Shown here piece after piece: positions 20,073 to 29,900 of a DNA stretch of 64,000 nucleotides; the first letter of the stretch is position 1; every line of letters starts with the position of its first letter. This stretch comes from Bacteroidota bacterium (lineage in GTDB: Bacteria; Bacteroidota; Ignavibacteria; Kapaibacteriales; UBA2268), in NCBI GenBank assembly GCA_021780815.1, contig JAJXYC010000015.1:209796-273795 (forward strand), read 5' to 3'. The notes under the pieces are model-generated. The model was not told the DNA's origin. It made no database searches and worked only from the letters and a program-made list of their open reading frames with translations. The position numbers were made by a program, and so were the translations under genes.

Positions 20073-20411
20073 CTATAAATTATTTTCACCAGTAAAGTTG
20101 TTAAATTTATCCATCAACTTTTGAGAAAATTTATCTTGTGCAATATTAGTAAAATCCTCTTCTGCGGTTTGGTATGCTTGATTTATCGATGCAACCAATA
20201 AATCTTCAAGCATTTTCTTATCGTTCATTGCAATTAAATCATCACTAATATTAATCGTCAAAATCTTCCTTTCTCCGTTTATTTCAATATTTATCATTCC
20301 ACCGGCACCCGATACTTTATATATCTTTTGGGAGAATTCATTTTGCACTTGCTTGAATTCACTTAGATACTTATCCATATCTTTAAAAAGGTCGTTCAAA
20401 ATATTTTTCAT
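20073..20411 (-). CDS. ybaB: Nucleoid-associated protein YbaB/EbfC
   Basis: 112 aa with a YbaB-family sequence (MKNILNDLFKDMDKYLSEFKQVQ...SGAGGMI). It is in the classic ybaB-recR pair. Confidence 0.85.
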   Translation of the reverse strand: MKNILNDLFKDMDKYLSEFKQVQNEFSQKIYKVSGAGGMINIEINGERKILTINISDDLIAMNDKKMLEDLLVASINQAYQTAEEDFTNIAQDKFSQKLMDKFNNFTGENNL

Positions 20412-20536
20412 TACATTCTCGTTTTAAATAAAAAAATTATTAATTTAGTAATTAAATTAAATGAAAAGTCAAAATAATATAAACGAATATAATAAAAAAA
20501 CAATAAAATAACATAATAAAATTAAGGAGCAATTTA

Positions 20537-21232
20537 ATGAGTATCTTTTCAAGAATTTCAGATATTTTCAAAGCAAACGTCAATGATATGTTAGACAAAG
20601 CCGAAGATCCAGAAAAAATGCTAACACAGATGGTTTTAGAAATGGAAGAATCGGTTAATAAAACAACAATGGCAGTTGCACAAGCTATTGCAAATGAAGT
20701 TAGTTTACAAAAGAAATTAGAAAAAGCCAAAAAAGATAGCACAGATTGGGAACAAAAAGCAGTTCAAGCATTAGCTGCAAATCGTGAAGATTTAGCACGT
20801 GCCGCCTTAGAAAAGAAAAATATAGTTAATAAAAACATTGCTGATTTAGAACCAATTTACGAACAAGCCAAGCAAACTACTGCAAATTTAAGAATTCAAT
20901 TAGACAAATTAAAAGCAAAATTAGATGAAGCTAGGACAAGACAAAGCACATTGATAGCTCGTTCACAAGCGGCAAAAGCACAAAAACAAATCGCACAACA
21001 GTTAGGGGGTGTTGGTGCAGATGCTTTTTCAAAATTTGATAAATTTGAACAAAAAATTGAAAAGATGGAATCGGAAGCAACCGCTTACGAACAACTCGCA
21101 GGCGAAAGTACAAGCCTTGATGATGAATTTAAAAAATTAGGTACTTCGTCTGATGTTGATTCAGATTTACTTGCTTTAAAAGCCAAGATGGGTTTGCTTT
21201 CTTCTAATGCCAATGATGAAGAGAACAAATAA
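20537..21232 (+). CDS. pspA: PspA/IM30 (Vipp1) family membrane-stress protein
   Basis: N-terminal MSIFSRISDIFKANVNDMLDKAEDPEKML, which is characteristic of PspA, and a coiled-coil 231-aa product. An AAGGAG ribosome-binding site lies 7 nt upstream. Confidence 0.8.
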   Translation: MSIFSRISDIFKANVNDMLDKAEDPEKMLTQMVLEMEESVNKTTMAVAQAIANEVSLQKKLEKAKKDSTDWEQKAVQALAANREDLARAALEKKNIVNKNIADLEPIYEQAKQTTANLRIQLDKLKAKLDEARTRQSTLIARSQAAKAQKQIAQQLGGVGADAFSKFDKFEQKIEKMESEATAYEQLAGESTSLDDEFKKLGTSSDVDSDLLALKAKMGLLSSNANDEENK

Positions 21233-21242
21233 AGGAGCATCT

Positions 21243-21680
21243 ATGGAAACACCTTATGAATTAATTCATTCTACAAGTATAAAAGTCGAAGACTTTTTAA
21301 AAGTTAATTTCCCTGATTACATAACTTTTGATGAACATAGTTTCACCATTAAACAGGGTTCAACAATTGTTATGATCAAAGTAAGACCTTACACTAACGA
21401 GGATACTATTATTGAGTGTGTTGCCACAGTTGTAATTGGGGCAAATATTACACCAGATTTAATGAATTTTCTTTTAAGGAAAAATGCTGAGTTACATTTT
21501 GGGGCTTTTGGTCTTTTGTTCGATGGTACTATTGTTTTTACTTATTCTATCGCAGGGAAAAACGTAGATAATAATGAATTAGATGCCGCAATCAAGTCTG
21601 TTGCAATCATCGCCGATTATTATGATGATGAAATAATTAATTTAGCAGGTGGCAAAACATCTACTGAAGCAGAAATTTAA
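21243..21680 (+). CDS. YbjN-domain protein (putative sensory transduction regulator/T3SS-chaperone-like fold), cotranscribed with pspA
   Basis: About 145 aa with a YbjN-like pattern (FTIKQGSTIVMIKVRP...CVATVV...FGAFGLLFDGTIVF). I chose the ATG at 21243, which follows an AAGGAG site, rather than the tracked 21207 start that overlaps pspA. Confidence 0.5.
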   Translation: METPYELIHSTSIKVEDFLKVNFPDYITFDEHSFTIKQGSTIVMIKVRPYTNEDTIIECVATVVIGANITPDLMNFLLRKNAELHFGAFGLLFDGTIVFTYSIAGKNVDNNELDAAIKSVAIIADYYDDEIINLAGGKTSTEAEI

Positions 21681-21722
21681 TGCAAAACAATAAAACAAAA
21701 AAAATACAGATATAAAATAACC

Positions 21723-21760
21723 AAAAGGCTGCCTTTTATTTTACTAAAAGACAGCCTTTT
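21723..21760. terminator. Bidirectional rho-independent terminator between the YbjN-like gene (+) and the GT2 gene (-)
   Basis: AAAAGGCTG...CAGCCTTTT hairpin (9-bp stem, about 20-nt loop) flanked by T-runs on both strands. Confidence 0.5.
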
Positions 21761-21794
21761 AAATTTTGTTGTTATATCGCACTAATTGTAATTT

Positions 21795-23246
21795 TTAAAC
21801 TTGATATGCCTGCCTTAAAGACAAATATCCAACTGAACCAAATCCAATTAAAAACATTAGCTGGAATGGGATGGCGGCAATTTCAAGATAATAGATAGAA
21901 ATTGCAATTCCAATTAAGAAATACAAAGCTAGTGCAAGCTCAAAAATAGCGGTTTTATGTATTTTCCTATTTCTTGACGATTTCAAAGCGGCAGTTGTGT
22001 TACGTCCAATAATACCAGCTTTTGGAGTACGGACAAATCCAGATTTCTTCCCAATTAAAGCTTCAATAACGGCTTTGGTATTATTAACAGCAAATCCCAT
22101 ACTTCCTGCTAAAAACAAAGGAAAAAGTAACAATCTTTTTTGCCAATCTAAATGTATTGTCTTCTGAGCAAATGTATAGAATAGAAAAGTTGAAATCGAT
22201 GCAAGAACAAAAATAGACATAAGCGAATAGAAATTATCGTAAGAAGTAGTAATGTTCTTTAAAATAACAATAGGAACGTTCAAAATTGCAACAATAACAA
22301 TAAATGGAAAAACAATATTGCTTGTAAGATGGACAAAACTTTCAAGTTTAACTTTCAAAGGAAAGTTACTTTTTAATACAGCAGGCAACAATTTTTTAGC
22401 AGTTTCAACAGCCCCTTTTGTCCAACGGAATTGTTGAGTTTTCAAAGCATTAATATCGGCAGGTAACTCAGCGGGAGAAGTAACGTCGTTTAAATAAACG
22501 AATTTCCATCCTTTAAGTTGCGCTCTATAAGATAAATCCAGGTCTTCAGTTAACGTATCAGGTTGCCAATTCCCTGCATCATAGATACAAGATTTGCGCC
22601 AAATTCCTGCTGTACCGTTAAAATTAATAAAGAACCCTGATTTATAGCGTACTTGTTGTTCAATAGCAAAATGTCCATCAAGTGCTAATGCTTGCGCTTT
22701 CGTAATGAAAGAATATTCTTCGTTAAGATGCTCCCATCTTGTTTGCACCATTCCAACTTTAGGATTATTAAAATGTGGAATAGTGTTCAAAAGGAAGTCG
22801 GAATTAGGGAGAAAATCTGCATCAAATATAGCAACAAATTCACCTTCCGCTACTGACAAACCTTCTTTCAATGCACCAGCTTTAAATCCTGTACGGTTAA
22901 CTCTATGGATATACTTAATATTGAAACTTAAGTTTTGGTATTCTTGAACTATCAATTTCAATATATCTTGTGTTTCGTCCGTAGAATCATCTAAAACTTG
23001 TATTTCAAGTTTTTCAGATGGATATTTAATTTTGCAAACTGTACGGACTAATCGTTCAGCAACTACAGCCTCATTAAATAACGGGATTTGAATTGTTACT
23101 TTAGGCAAGTTATCAGGTAATTCTTCTTTTGGCATTTTCATTTTGTTATATTTTCTGTAATATAACAAAAGTATTAAACCATGAATACCGAAGCTGAACA
23201 GAACCAGCAGCGATAGGAAATAAAAGATAAGTATAAATGTTTCCAT
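21795..23246 (-). CDS. Processive family 2 glycosyltransferase (cellulose/chitin/PNAG-synthase-like) with multiple transmembrane helices
   Basis: Catalytic core motifs DDSTDET, DAD, the TED region and QQFRW (the QxxRW hallmark of processive beta-glycan synthases). Hydrophobic transmembrane segments at both ends. 483 aa. Confidence 0.7.
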   Translation of the reverse strand: METFILIFYFLSLLVLFSFGIHGLILLLYYRKYNKMKMPKEELPDNLPKVTIQIPLFNEAVVAERLVRTVCKIKYPSEKLEIQVLDDSTDETQDILKLIVQEYQNLSFNIKYIHRVNRTGFKAGALKEGLSVAEGEFVAIFDADFLPNSDFLLNTIPHFNNPKVGMVQTRWEHLNEEYSFITKAQALALDGHFAIEQQVRYKSGFFINFNGTAGIWRKSCIYDAGNWQPDTLTEDLDLSYRAQLKGWKFVYLNDVTSPAELPADINALKTQQFRWTKGAVETAKKLLPAVLKSNFPLKVKLESFVHLTSNIVFPFIVIVAILNVPIVILKNITTSYDNFYSLMSIFVLASISTFLFYTFAQKTIHLDWQKRLLLFPLFLAGSMGFAVNNTKAVIEALIGKKSGFVRTPKAGIIGRNTTAALKSSRNRKIHKTAIFELALALYFLIGIAISIYYLEIAAIPFQLMFLIGFGSVGYLSLRQAYQV

Positions 23247-23283
23247 AAGCGGATTATTTATCCCCTTTTTTTTATAATAATGT

Positions 23284-23793
23284 TTACCAACCAGAAATTA
23301 CTGAAAGTAAGATGTCTTCGGCACTATTTTTTAATATTGTTTGTATAGCATCATTACGGCCTGTTATACCGTCCGCAACCGCATAAAAACTATAATTTGT
23401 AAATTCTTTTTCCCAGAACATCTTCTTTTTCACGTTATCAAAATATTCAACTTTACAATTTACTTGTATTTTACGTTCCTTTTCTAATTCTCCCGGATTA
23501 ACTTGTGATACACTTTCAGTTATTGACATTATTTTTACTGTCAATTGCGCATCACCTCTTGTTTCTTCTACTTTCAAAGTTCCATCGTTTTGAAAGTTTT
23601 TAATAAGTTCATTTGTTAAGAAATCTTTAAATTCGGGTACTCCGTAGGAACTTTGATCCACAACCGACGGTATTTCTATTGTTTTTATATAATCAGGCAC
23701 ATTGCCCCCAACAAATGAATAACATCCATAAAGAAAAAGAAATGTCAATGAACGTACTACTATTTTTATTTTTTGTTTTAAAAACAATTTCAA
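23284..23793 (-). CDS. Lipoprotein, LptE-like (LPS-assembly lipoprotein family)
   Basis: Lipobox LYGC followed by YSFVGG, which resembles the CGYSF.G start of LptE-family lipoproteins. 169 aa. This is a weak assignment. Confidence 0.4.
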   Translation of the reverse strand: MKLFLKQKIKIVVRSLTFLFLYGCYSFVGGNVPDYIKTIEIPSVVDQSSYGVPEFKDFLTNELIKNFQNDGTLKVEETRGDAQLTVKIMSITESVSQVNPGELEKERKIQVNCKVEYFDNVKKKMFWEKEFTNYSFYAVADGITGRNDAIQTILKNSAEDILLSVISGW

Positions 23794-23889
23794 AATTGCA
23801 AGTTAATGTAAATTCAAAATTAAACACAACTCACCAAATAACAATATTTTTTTTTTCTTTGATTAATTTATTACTATTCAATTAATTAG

Positions 23890-26718
23890 TTAATTATTCT
23901 TAACCCAAATTACCTTATACGCCAGATTATGTAAACTACTTTTAATTCTTACAAATATTACTTGGCTTAAAATCTCTGGTAAATTTAAAATTATTTCATT
24001 TGTTTGATTAAAAGATTTTGCATCATAGATTGTTCTAATTTCATTGCCAAAGAAATCATATAATTTTATCTCACTTATTAAACCCAAATCTTTCCTTGCA
24101 AAAATCTTGATTATGTTTTGGTCCGGAAAACCTTGGACTTCATATTCATCATTTGCAATGTTTGGTAGTTTCACATCATTTGTAGCAATAGCAGAAATTA
24201 AACTACTTGCTAAATCCTGTCTGTTTGTTTGAGCGCCAACAAGCAATGTAATGGTTTTCGTTGTCATTGGTGCAAAGTCCCCATTAAACATAATACCTGT
24301 AAACAAGCTTCTATCCGATAAAACATCACTTTGAAGGCTTGTTCCACTTGTTAGCATTTGTATTTGTTTATTTCTTGTAAAATTAGAGGTAAAATCGTAA
24401 TCTAATCCAGCAATTTCAGCAGTAGTATTATCTTCCTTAGACAAGGCTACACATCCTACAAATATATTCACATTAGGCTTGTAAATTATTTCAGCCCCTA
24501 ATGATGAAAATTTACTCTTAATTGATGAATTATTGATTTCATCAAATAATTGAGCAATATTATGATCAGCATCTTCATTGATATCCCAATCGTAATAATA
24601 ACCTAACGCTAAATTTTTTAATGTAGTTTGTGTATTATTTTTTGTCGTAATATCTATTTGTGCAACATTAGGATTAGGAAAACTAACTTTTTGAGTAATT
24701 TCAAGCCCAATTTTATCCTGCGGGTCAGAATAACTATCATTAATTATATTAGTATAGTAATCAGGAAGAGCAAATTTCTTTTCTGTTTGAAATGGTTGGT
24801 CAAAAATTGAAACAACCTTTTGTGCATCTTCTTCAATTATTAAACCTGAATTTCCGTAAAGTTGATTACCAATACCTTTCAAAGTAAAGCCTTTTCCTTC
24901 TTGGCTATTACCATTTGAAACAAAGCCAAAATCACCTTTATCACTCATAGAAAAAATAATGCTATCGGATTCAAAAGTGGCAAAATTAGCAGTTGGGATA
25001 AAATCTAATTTAAACATATCGCTATAGTTATTATCGGCAGATACATCCATACGTAGAATTACCCTATTAGGATTATCTTTAAGAATTAAAATTTCAAATG
25101 GTCCAATTTCTGTCTCGTCATTTGTATTTATATAATTTATTGTCGCATTAGGTTGGATCACCTGAATTGAATTAGCTGGGTCATAAACATCACTTAAAGT
25201 AAATTTAACATTTGATGCTTTACCTAATATATCTTTAATTTTAATCATAAGATATGCAGTATCTTTTGTAGCAAAGCGATTTACTTTTATTCCACTTGAA
25301 TTTTGCCATAAATAATCAGAGGGCTTCAAAGCAGGAATGGAAAATGGGTCTACCGTTACAACTTTATATAAATCTAATCGACCCGGCACTAATTTAATGT
25401 CAGCATAAGAAATATTATCGCTTGTAACATCATCAGTACATTGTCGTACAAATTCAAGAGACTGTAAAGGTGTTAAATTAGGATATTTAGACCGAGCAAG
25501 AGCAACCGCACCAGCAACAACAGGTGATGAGAATGATGTTCCACCTTCCGCATAAGAATAACCACCGTCGTTTGTTGTAGAATAATCACCCATCCCTGGT
25601 GCTAAAATATTTACTTGCACACCCATACAAGAAGTTTCAGTTGTAATGGCATCGTATTGATCAACTTCTCCGACTCCAAGCACTCCATAATAGCCGGCAG
25701 GATAATATGTATCATACCTTGTGCCACCATTTGTACCAATATTCCCGCCTGCGGCAACAATAGCCACACCATTAGCAACTGCATAATCAATTATACTTTG
25801 TTCTAATTCCGAAAATTCTCTTGGTCCACCCCAACTTAAATTTAATACTGAAAAATGATGTACAGCCGCAAAAACTATGGACTCATTCCCAAAAATAATT
25901 GAACTTCCTGAACCTGCCGCTTTAATTGGAAACAATCTACAATAACCACCTATCCCGGCAATACCTAAATTATTGTTAAATGTTGCACCTGCTACACCTG
26001 CCACCATTGTTCCATGCTCCACAGAATTGTTTGTTGTACTACCCCAACCTTGACTTTCTTGGTCTCCCAAAAAATTATATCCTTGATAATCATCAATATA
26101 ACCATTACCATCATCATCAATCCCATTATTAGGGATCTCGCCCCAATTTGTATATAAAGAATTTTTAATATCTTCATGTGATTGATAAACTCCATTATCG
26201 CTTACCGCTATAACAACCGAACTATCACCTTTCCAAACACCCCATGCTTCTTCTGCCTTTATATTACTCAAACTTGTCTGCATGCTATAATATGTATCAT
26301 TAGGTACAAAAGATTGTATTTGATATCGATAATACGGTTCCGCTTTATCAATTTCTGGAAACATTGACTGTAAATAGTTGCAATAATGTTTCAAATTCAC
26401 GGTTCTCGGAAGTTCTATGATATATGTTTTTAATATTGGTATCTCAGCTTCTTGGATTTTGCTTACATCTAAATTCTTCCCTTGCAAAAGAAAATAATTC
26501 TTCGGATTATATTTTAATGAATATTCAGAAAGTAAAATTGGATTTATTGTCCCATTAATTTGTTTTTGCAAATAATCAAGTTCCGATGGTTCATTCCTAA
26601 TATCTTGTTTAAATCTTACAAGGATTTTATTGCCTATTCCATATTCATTTTTTTGAGAAAAACTTATTGAGGATATTCCCAAAAAAGTTAAAACTATAAT
26701 AAAGATTATTTTTTTCAT
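23890..26718 (-). CDS. Secreted subtilisin-family (S8) serine peptidase with a T9SS C-terminal sorting domain
   Basis: Catalytic triad blocks (VAVSDNGV for Asp, HGTMVAGVAGA for His, GGTSFSSPVVAGAVAL for Ser), an N-terminal signal peptide, and a C-terminal about 80-aa CTD-like beta-sandwich (KLYDFFGNEIRTIY...VIWVKNN). Confidence 0.8.
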   Translation of the reverse strand: MKKIIFIIVLTFLGISSISFSQKNEYGIGNKILVRFKQDIRNEPSELDYLQKQINGTINPILLSEYSLKYNPKNYFLLQGKNLDVSKIQEAEIPILKTYIIELPRTVNLKHYCNYLQSMFPEIDKAEPYYRYQIQSFVPNDTYYSMQTSLSNIKAEEAWGVWKGDSSVVIAVSDNGVYQSHEDIKNSLYTNWGEIPNNGIDDDGNGYIDDYQGYNFLGDQESQGWGSTTNNSVEHGTMVAGVAGATFNNNLGIAGIGGYCRLFPIKAAGSGSSIIFGNESIVFAAVHHFSVLNLSWGGPREFSELEQSIIDYAVANGVAIVAAGGNIGTNGGTRYDTYYPAGYYGVLGVGEVDQYDAITTETSCMGVQVNILAPGMGDYSTTNDGGYSYAEGGTSFSSPVVAGAVALARSKYPNLTPLQSLEFVRQCTDDVTSDNISYADIKLVPGRLDLYKVVTVDPFSIPALKPSDYLWQNSSGIKVNRFATKDTAYLMIKIKDILGKASNVKFTLSDVYDPANSIQVIQPNATINYINTNDETEIGPFEILILKDNPNRVILRMDVSADNNYSDMFKLDFIPTANFATFESDSIIFSMSDKGDFGFVSNGNSQEGKGFTLKGIGNQLYGNSGLIIEEDAQKVVSIFDQPFQTEKKFALPDYYTNIINDSYSDPQDKIGLEITQKVSFPNPNVAQIDITTKNNTQTTLKNLALGYYYDWDINEDADHNIAQLFDEINNSSIKSKFSSLGAEIIYKPNVNIFVGCVALSKEDNTTAEIAGLDYDFTSNFTRNKQIQMLTSGTSLQSDVLSDRSLFTGIMFNGDFAPMTTKTITLLVGAQTNRQDLASSLISAIATNDVKLPNIANDEYEVQGFPDQNIIKIFARKDLGLISEIKLYDFFGNEIRTIYDAKSFNQTNEIILNLPEILSQVIFVRIKSSLHNLAYKVIWVKNN

Positions 26719-26946
26719 ATTATTCTTGCTCTTTGTATATAATATTGCTTTAATTTATTTACAAATTTAATAGATTTTTGTCAATAAATTATTATCTAAA
26801 AAAAATTAATGCTTTGATTACTATTGTCAATCAAATTAAAATTCAGAAACTGTAATCAATCAATTTAATCTTTCATTTTTAAAATATTGATAAAACTAAA
26901 TAGAAGAAAATTCGTTATTAGGCTTATATATAAAGATTAAAATTAT

Positions 26947-29900
26947 ATGATAAATAAAATAAATAGGATTAATCAAATTGCAATTTTTGCATTATTAATT
27001 TTATTAGTCTTTTATCCCAGCAATGCAAAAAAAACATCTACTTTAAACTATCCAACAGACTTGATTAACCAGATAGTATCAATGAAATGGATGAAAAACA
27101 ATTTGGATTATATCAAAATAACAACTGACAGAGATGCCCCGGTTGAAATTCCACTTTCCAAAATTTTAGATTCTATACCACAATGGATAGGTAAAAATAG
27201 CAATTATTTACATTTGCTCCATAATAATCAAGATATTCATTTTTATTTAATTGATAACAATGGAGTTCTTGATGATAACGACACTCTTATCTTTGTTGGT
27301 TCACGTGCTTATGGTGATACTACTTATTGGGATAATTATGCCACTGAGGAGCCTTTTTTTGTAACTTATGATGACAGTTATAAATATCCTCAATTTAAGA
27401 TTATAAGCAGTAGTACTGGTAATTTTAATCAGGAAATAGTTTCAACAAATTTAAATGTACATATTGAAAAAGATTCTACTCGCTCCTATGGAAAAGATTT
27501 GTATGATTCAAACAATAGCGATGACGAAGGCTGGTATTGGAAAGAATTAATCCCTGATGAAAGTCAGCCAAGCTTGAATACTTTTACTACACCACTACTA
27601 ATTCAACCTACCGGTACTGAACCTGTAAATATAAATTTAATTTTTAAAAGCGTAACTGATACGCTTTTAGATGCCCTTCCGTCCAATAAATACCCTGAAT
27701 ACAGAGTTGCTGTATTTTTCAATGGCGATTCGTTAGGAAACAAACAATTTACAAGAATCCGTAAAGATTCGTTTATGCTTTCGTTCACACCTAAACAAAT
27801 TTTTAATGGCGTAAATTCTATCTCTGTAAAAAGTTATGTGCAACATCCATTAAGACTTGGGGCGGTTAGCATTGCTTATATCAATTCAAAATTGAATAGT
27901 TCGCCTTATAAAGATGAATACACTGATTGTATTAATTTTTCAAATATTCAAACCAATTCTTTTGTTAACTATTATGGTTTAAAAAGCCCTTTTTCTATTG
28001 CTATTGATACAATTAATAACACTATCCAATTCCCTGAATCTTTTCAAAGTAATCCGATGTTGTTTGCATCAATAAAAACAAATAATCCATATTTTGCAGT
28101 TAGATTTGTAGATAGCACTTTTTATGACTTCAATCCGGGCTTTCATTTAATAAAATTCAATTCTGCTCAAAATAATTTCACTCAAATATATCAATGGTAT
28201 TACCAAGACACCTTACGCAGTATGATACAATCTTCATCAGACAACGATTTCTTTGTAATAGGTTATAATGGCGACAATTTAATCCCACAAGCATATTTAA
28301 ATGATTTACAAAATATCGGTTTTACAAAGGCTAAAAATCTAACAGTAGGTGATAGTTGGTTGTTTATTTTTACTAAGTCAAAAGTAATTTTCGAAGATGT
28401 GCAAAATAATTCTAATCTTGCAATGTTCAAAGGTGAAATAGCGAAAACAAGCATAAAAAATTATTATGCAAAAATATTGCTCCCTCAAAGTAGCTCGTCA
28501 TCAATTTTAGTCCAAGAAGACCTTAATTTCGCAAATTATCATATATTGAAAACTTCAAAACCTTATTTGTACGATACTACTAATTCAGGAAATGTGCTAG
28601 TTGTTTACAATAAATACTTTGAATCTATTGCTCAAAGATATTATAAATTAAGAGAATCAAGCGAAAACAAGTTAAAATTAATTGATGCCGAAGATATTTA
28701 TAACGAGCTGAATTATGGTAAAAAAAGCCCATTTGCAATAAAGAAATTTTTGCAATATTCATATAATTTTTGGCAAGATTCTATAAAGACATTAGTTTTA
28801 ATAGGTAATGCAAGTTGGGACCCATATAGGCGACTTCCTACTTCAATTGCAACAGATTACATACCAACTTATGGCTTTCCCCCAGCTGATTTTTGGTATT
28901 CAATTTTAGATAACGACTTAGTCCCTGATATTTCAATAGGAAGAATTTCAATAAGTACAATTGACGATGGCAACAATTATATTGATAAATTGACTTTGTA
29001 TGACCAAGTGCCAGACCAACCTTGGATGAAAAATTTTCTATTTTTATCAGGTGGATTAACTGCCGATGAAAGGAAAATATTTGCAGATGCAAAATCTTAC
29101 TTTTTTGATGATTACGTTAAAAATCCCCCTTTTTGTGGAACTTCCGATTCAGTAGCAAAATATGACAATACAATAGGAGGTAATGCTGAAAGTGGTCAAA
29201 TTCGAGAAAAAATTAATCAAGGTGCGCTTTGGGTAAACTTCTTGGGACACGCTAATCAAAGTATTTTTGATATGGATGGTTGGCAAGTAAATAAACTTAA
29301 TAATTACGCAAAATATTCTTTTTTCTCTACTATATCTTGTAATACAGGCGCACATGCTGAACCGGGAATGCTTAATTCAAGAAACGAAGATTATGTTTAT
29401 TTCAAAGATAAAGGTTTTATTGGCTCAATTGGTTCATCTACTTTTGGCTGGGTAGATGAAAACCGCTATATTGTTGTAAGAATTATGTCTCAACTTGCTG
29501 ATTCTAATTCAAAATACTTGTATATAGGCGACCTTGAAAATTATGGAAAAAACGGATTAGCAAATGAAGGCTCACAATTAGAAACTAAATATCAAAATTC
29601 GCTAATCGGCGACCCCCTTTTAAAATTGAGAGTTAGTAAGAAACCAAATTTATATATTTATTCTCCTGAATTTGCCATAGTTAATAATCAAGGTTCTCCT
29701 AATGTTTCTATTAATGATACATCAGCTATTTTTAAAGGAATAATTTACAATAATGGGTTCCAAACTAATTCACCAATCAAATTGTTATTTACTGATTATT
29801 ATAACAATACAATTGATACTTTTTCGATAAATCTACCTATTATCTGTTTTAGCGAAGCCTTTGTTGCTTCTTTGGATATATCTGATAAACCCGGCGAACA

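Noticed and set aside
20412-20536. Possible sigma-54 (-24/-12 GG…GC) promoter upstream of pspA, as in E. coli
   Set aside because: There is no TGGCAC-N5-TTGC-like element in the 125-bp leader. Only AT-rich sequence is present, so a sigma-70/sigma-A-type promoter is more likely.
20452-20742. 96-aa minus-strand ORF over the pspA promoter and start
   Set aside because: It overlaps pspA and its ribosome-binding site. The hydrophobic low-complexity translation is probably spurious, though a small membrane peptide cannot be fully excluded.
21207-21242. Longer start (MPMMKRTNKGAS…) for the YbjN-like gene
   Set aside because: It overlaps the pspA 3' end. An AAGGAG site lies immediately before the ATG at 21243, so I preferred the shorter ORF.
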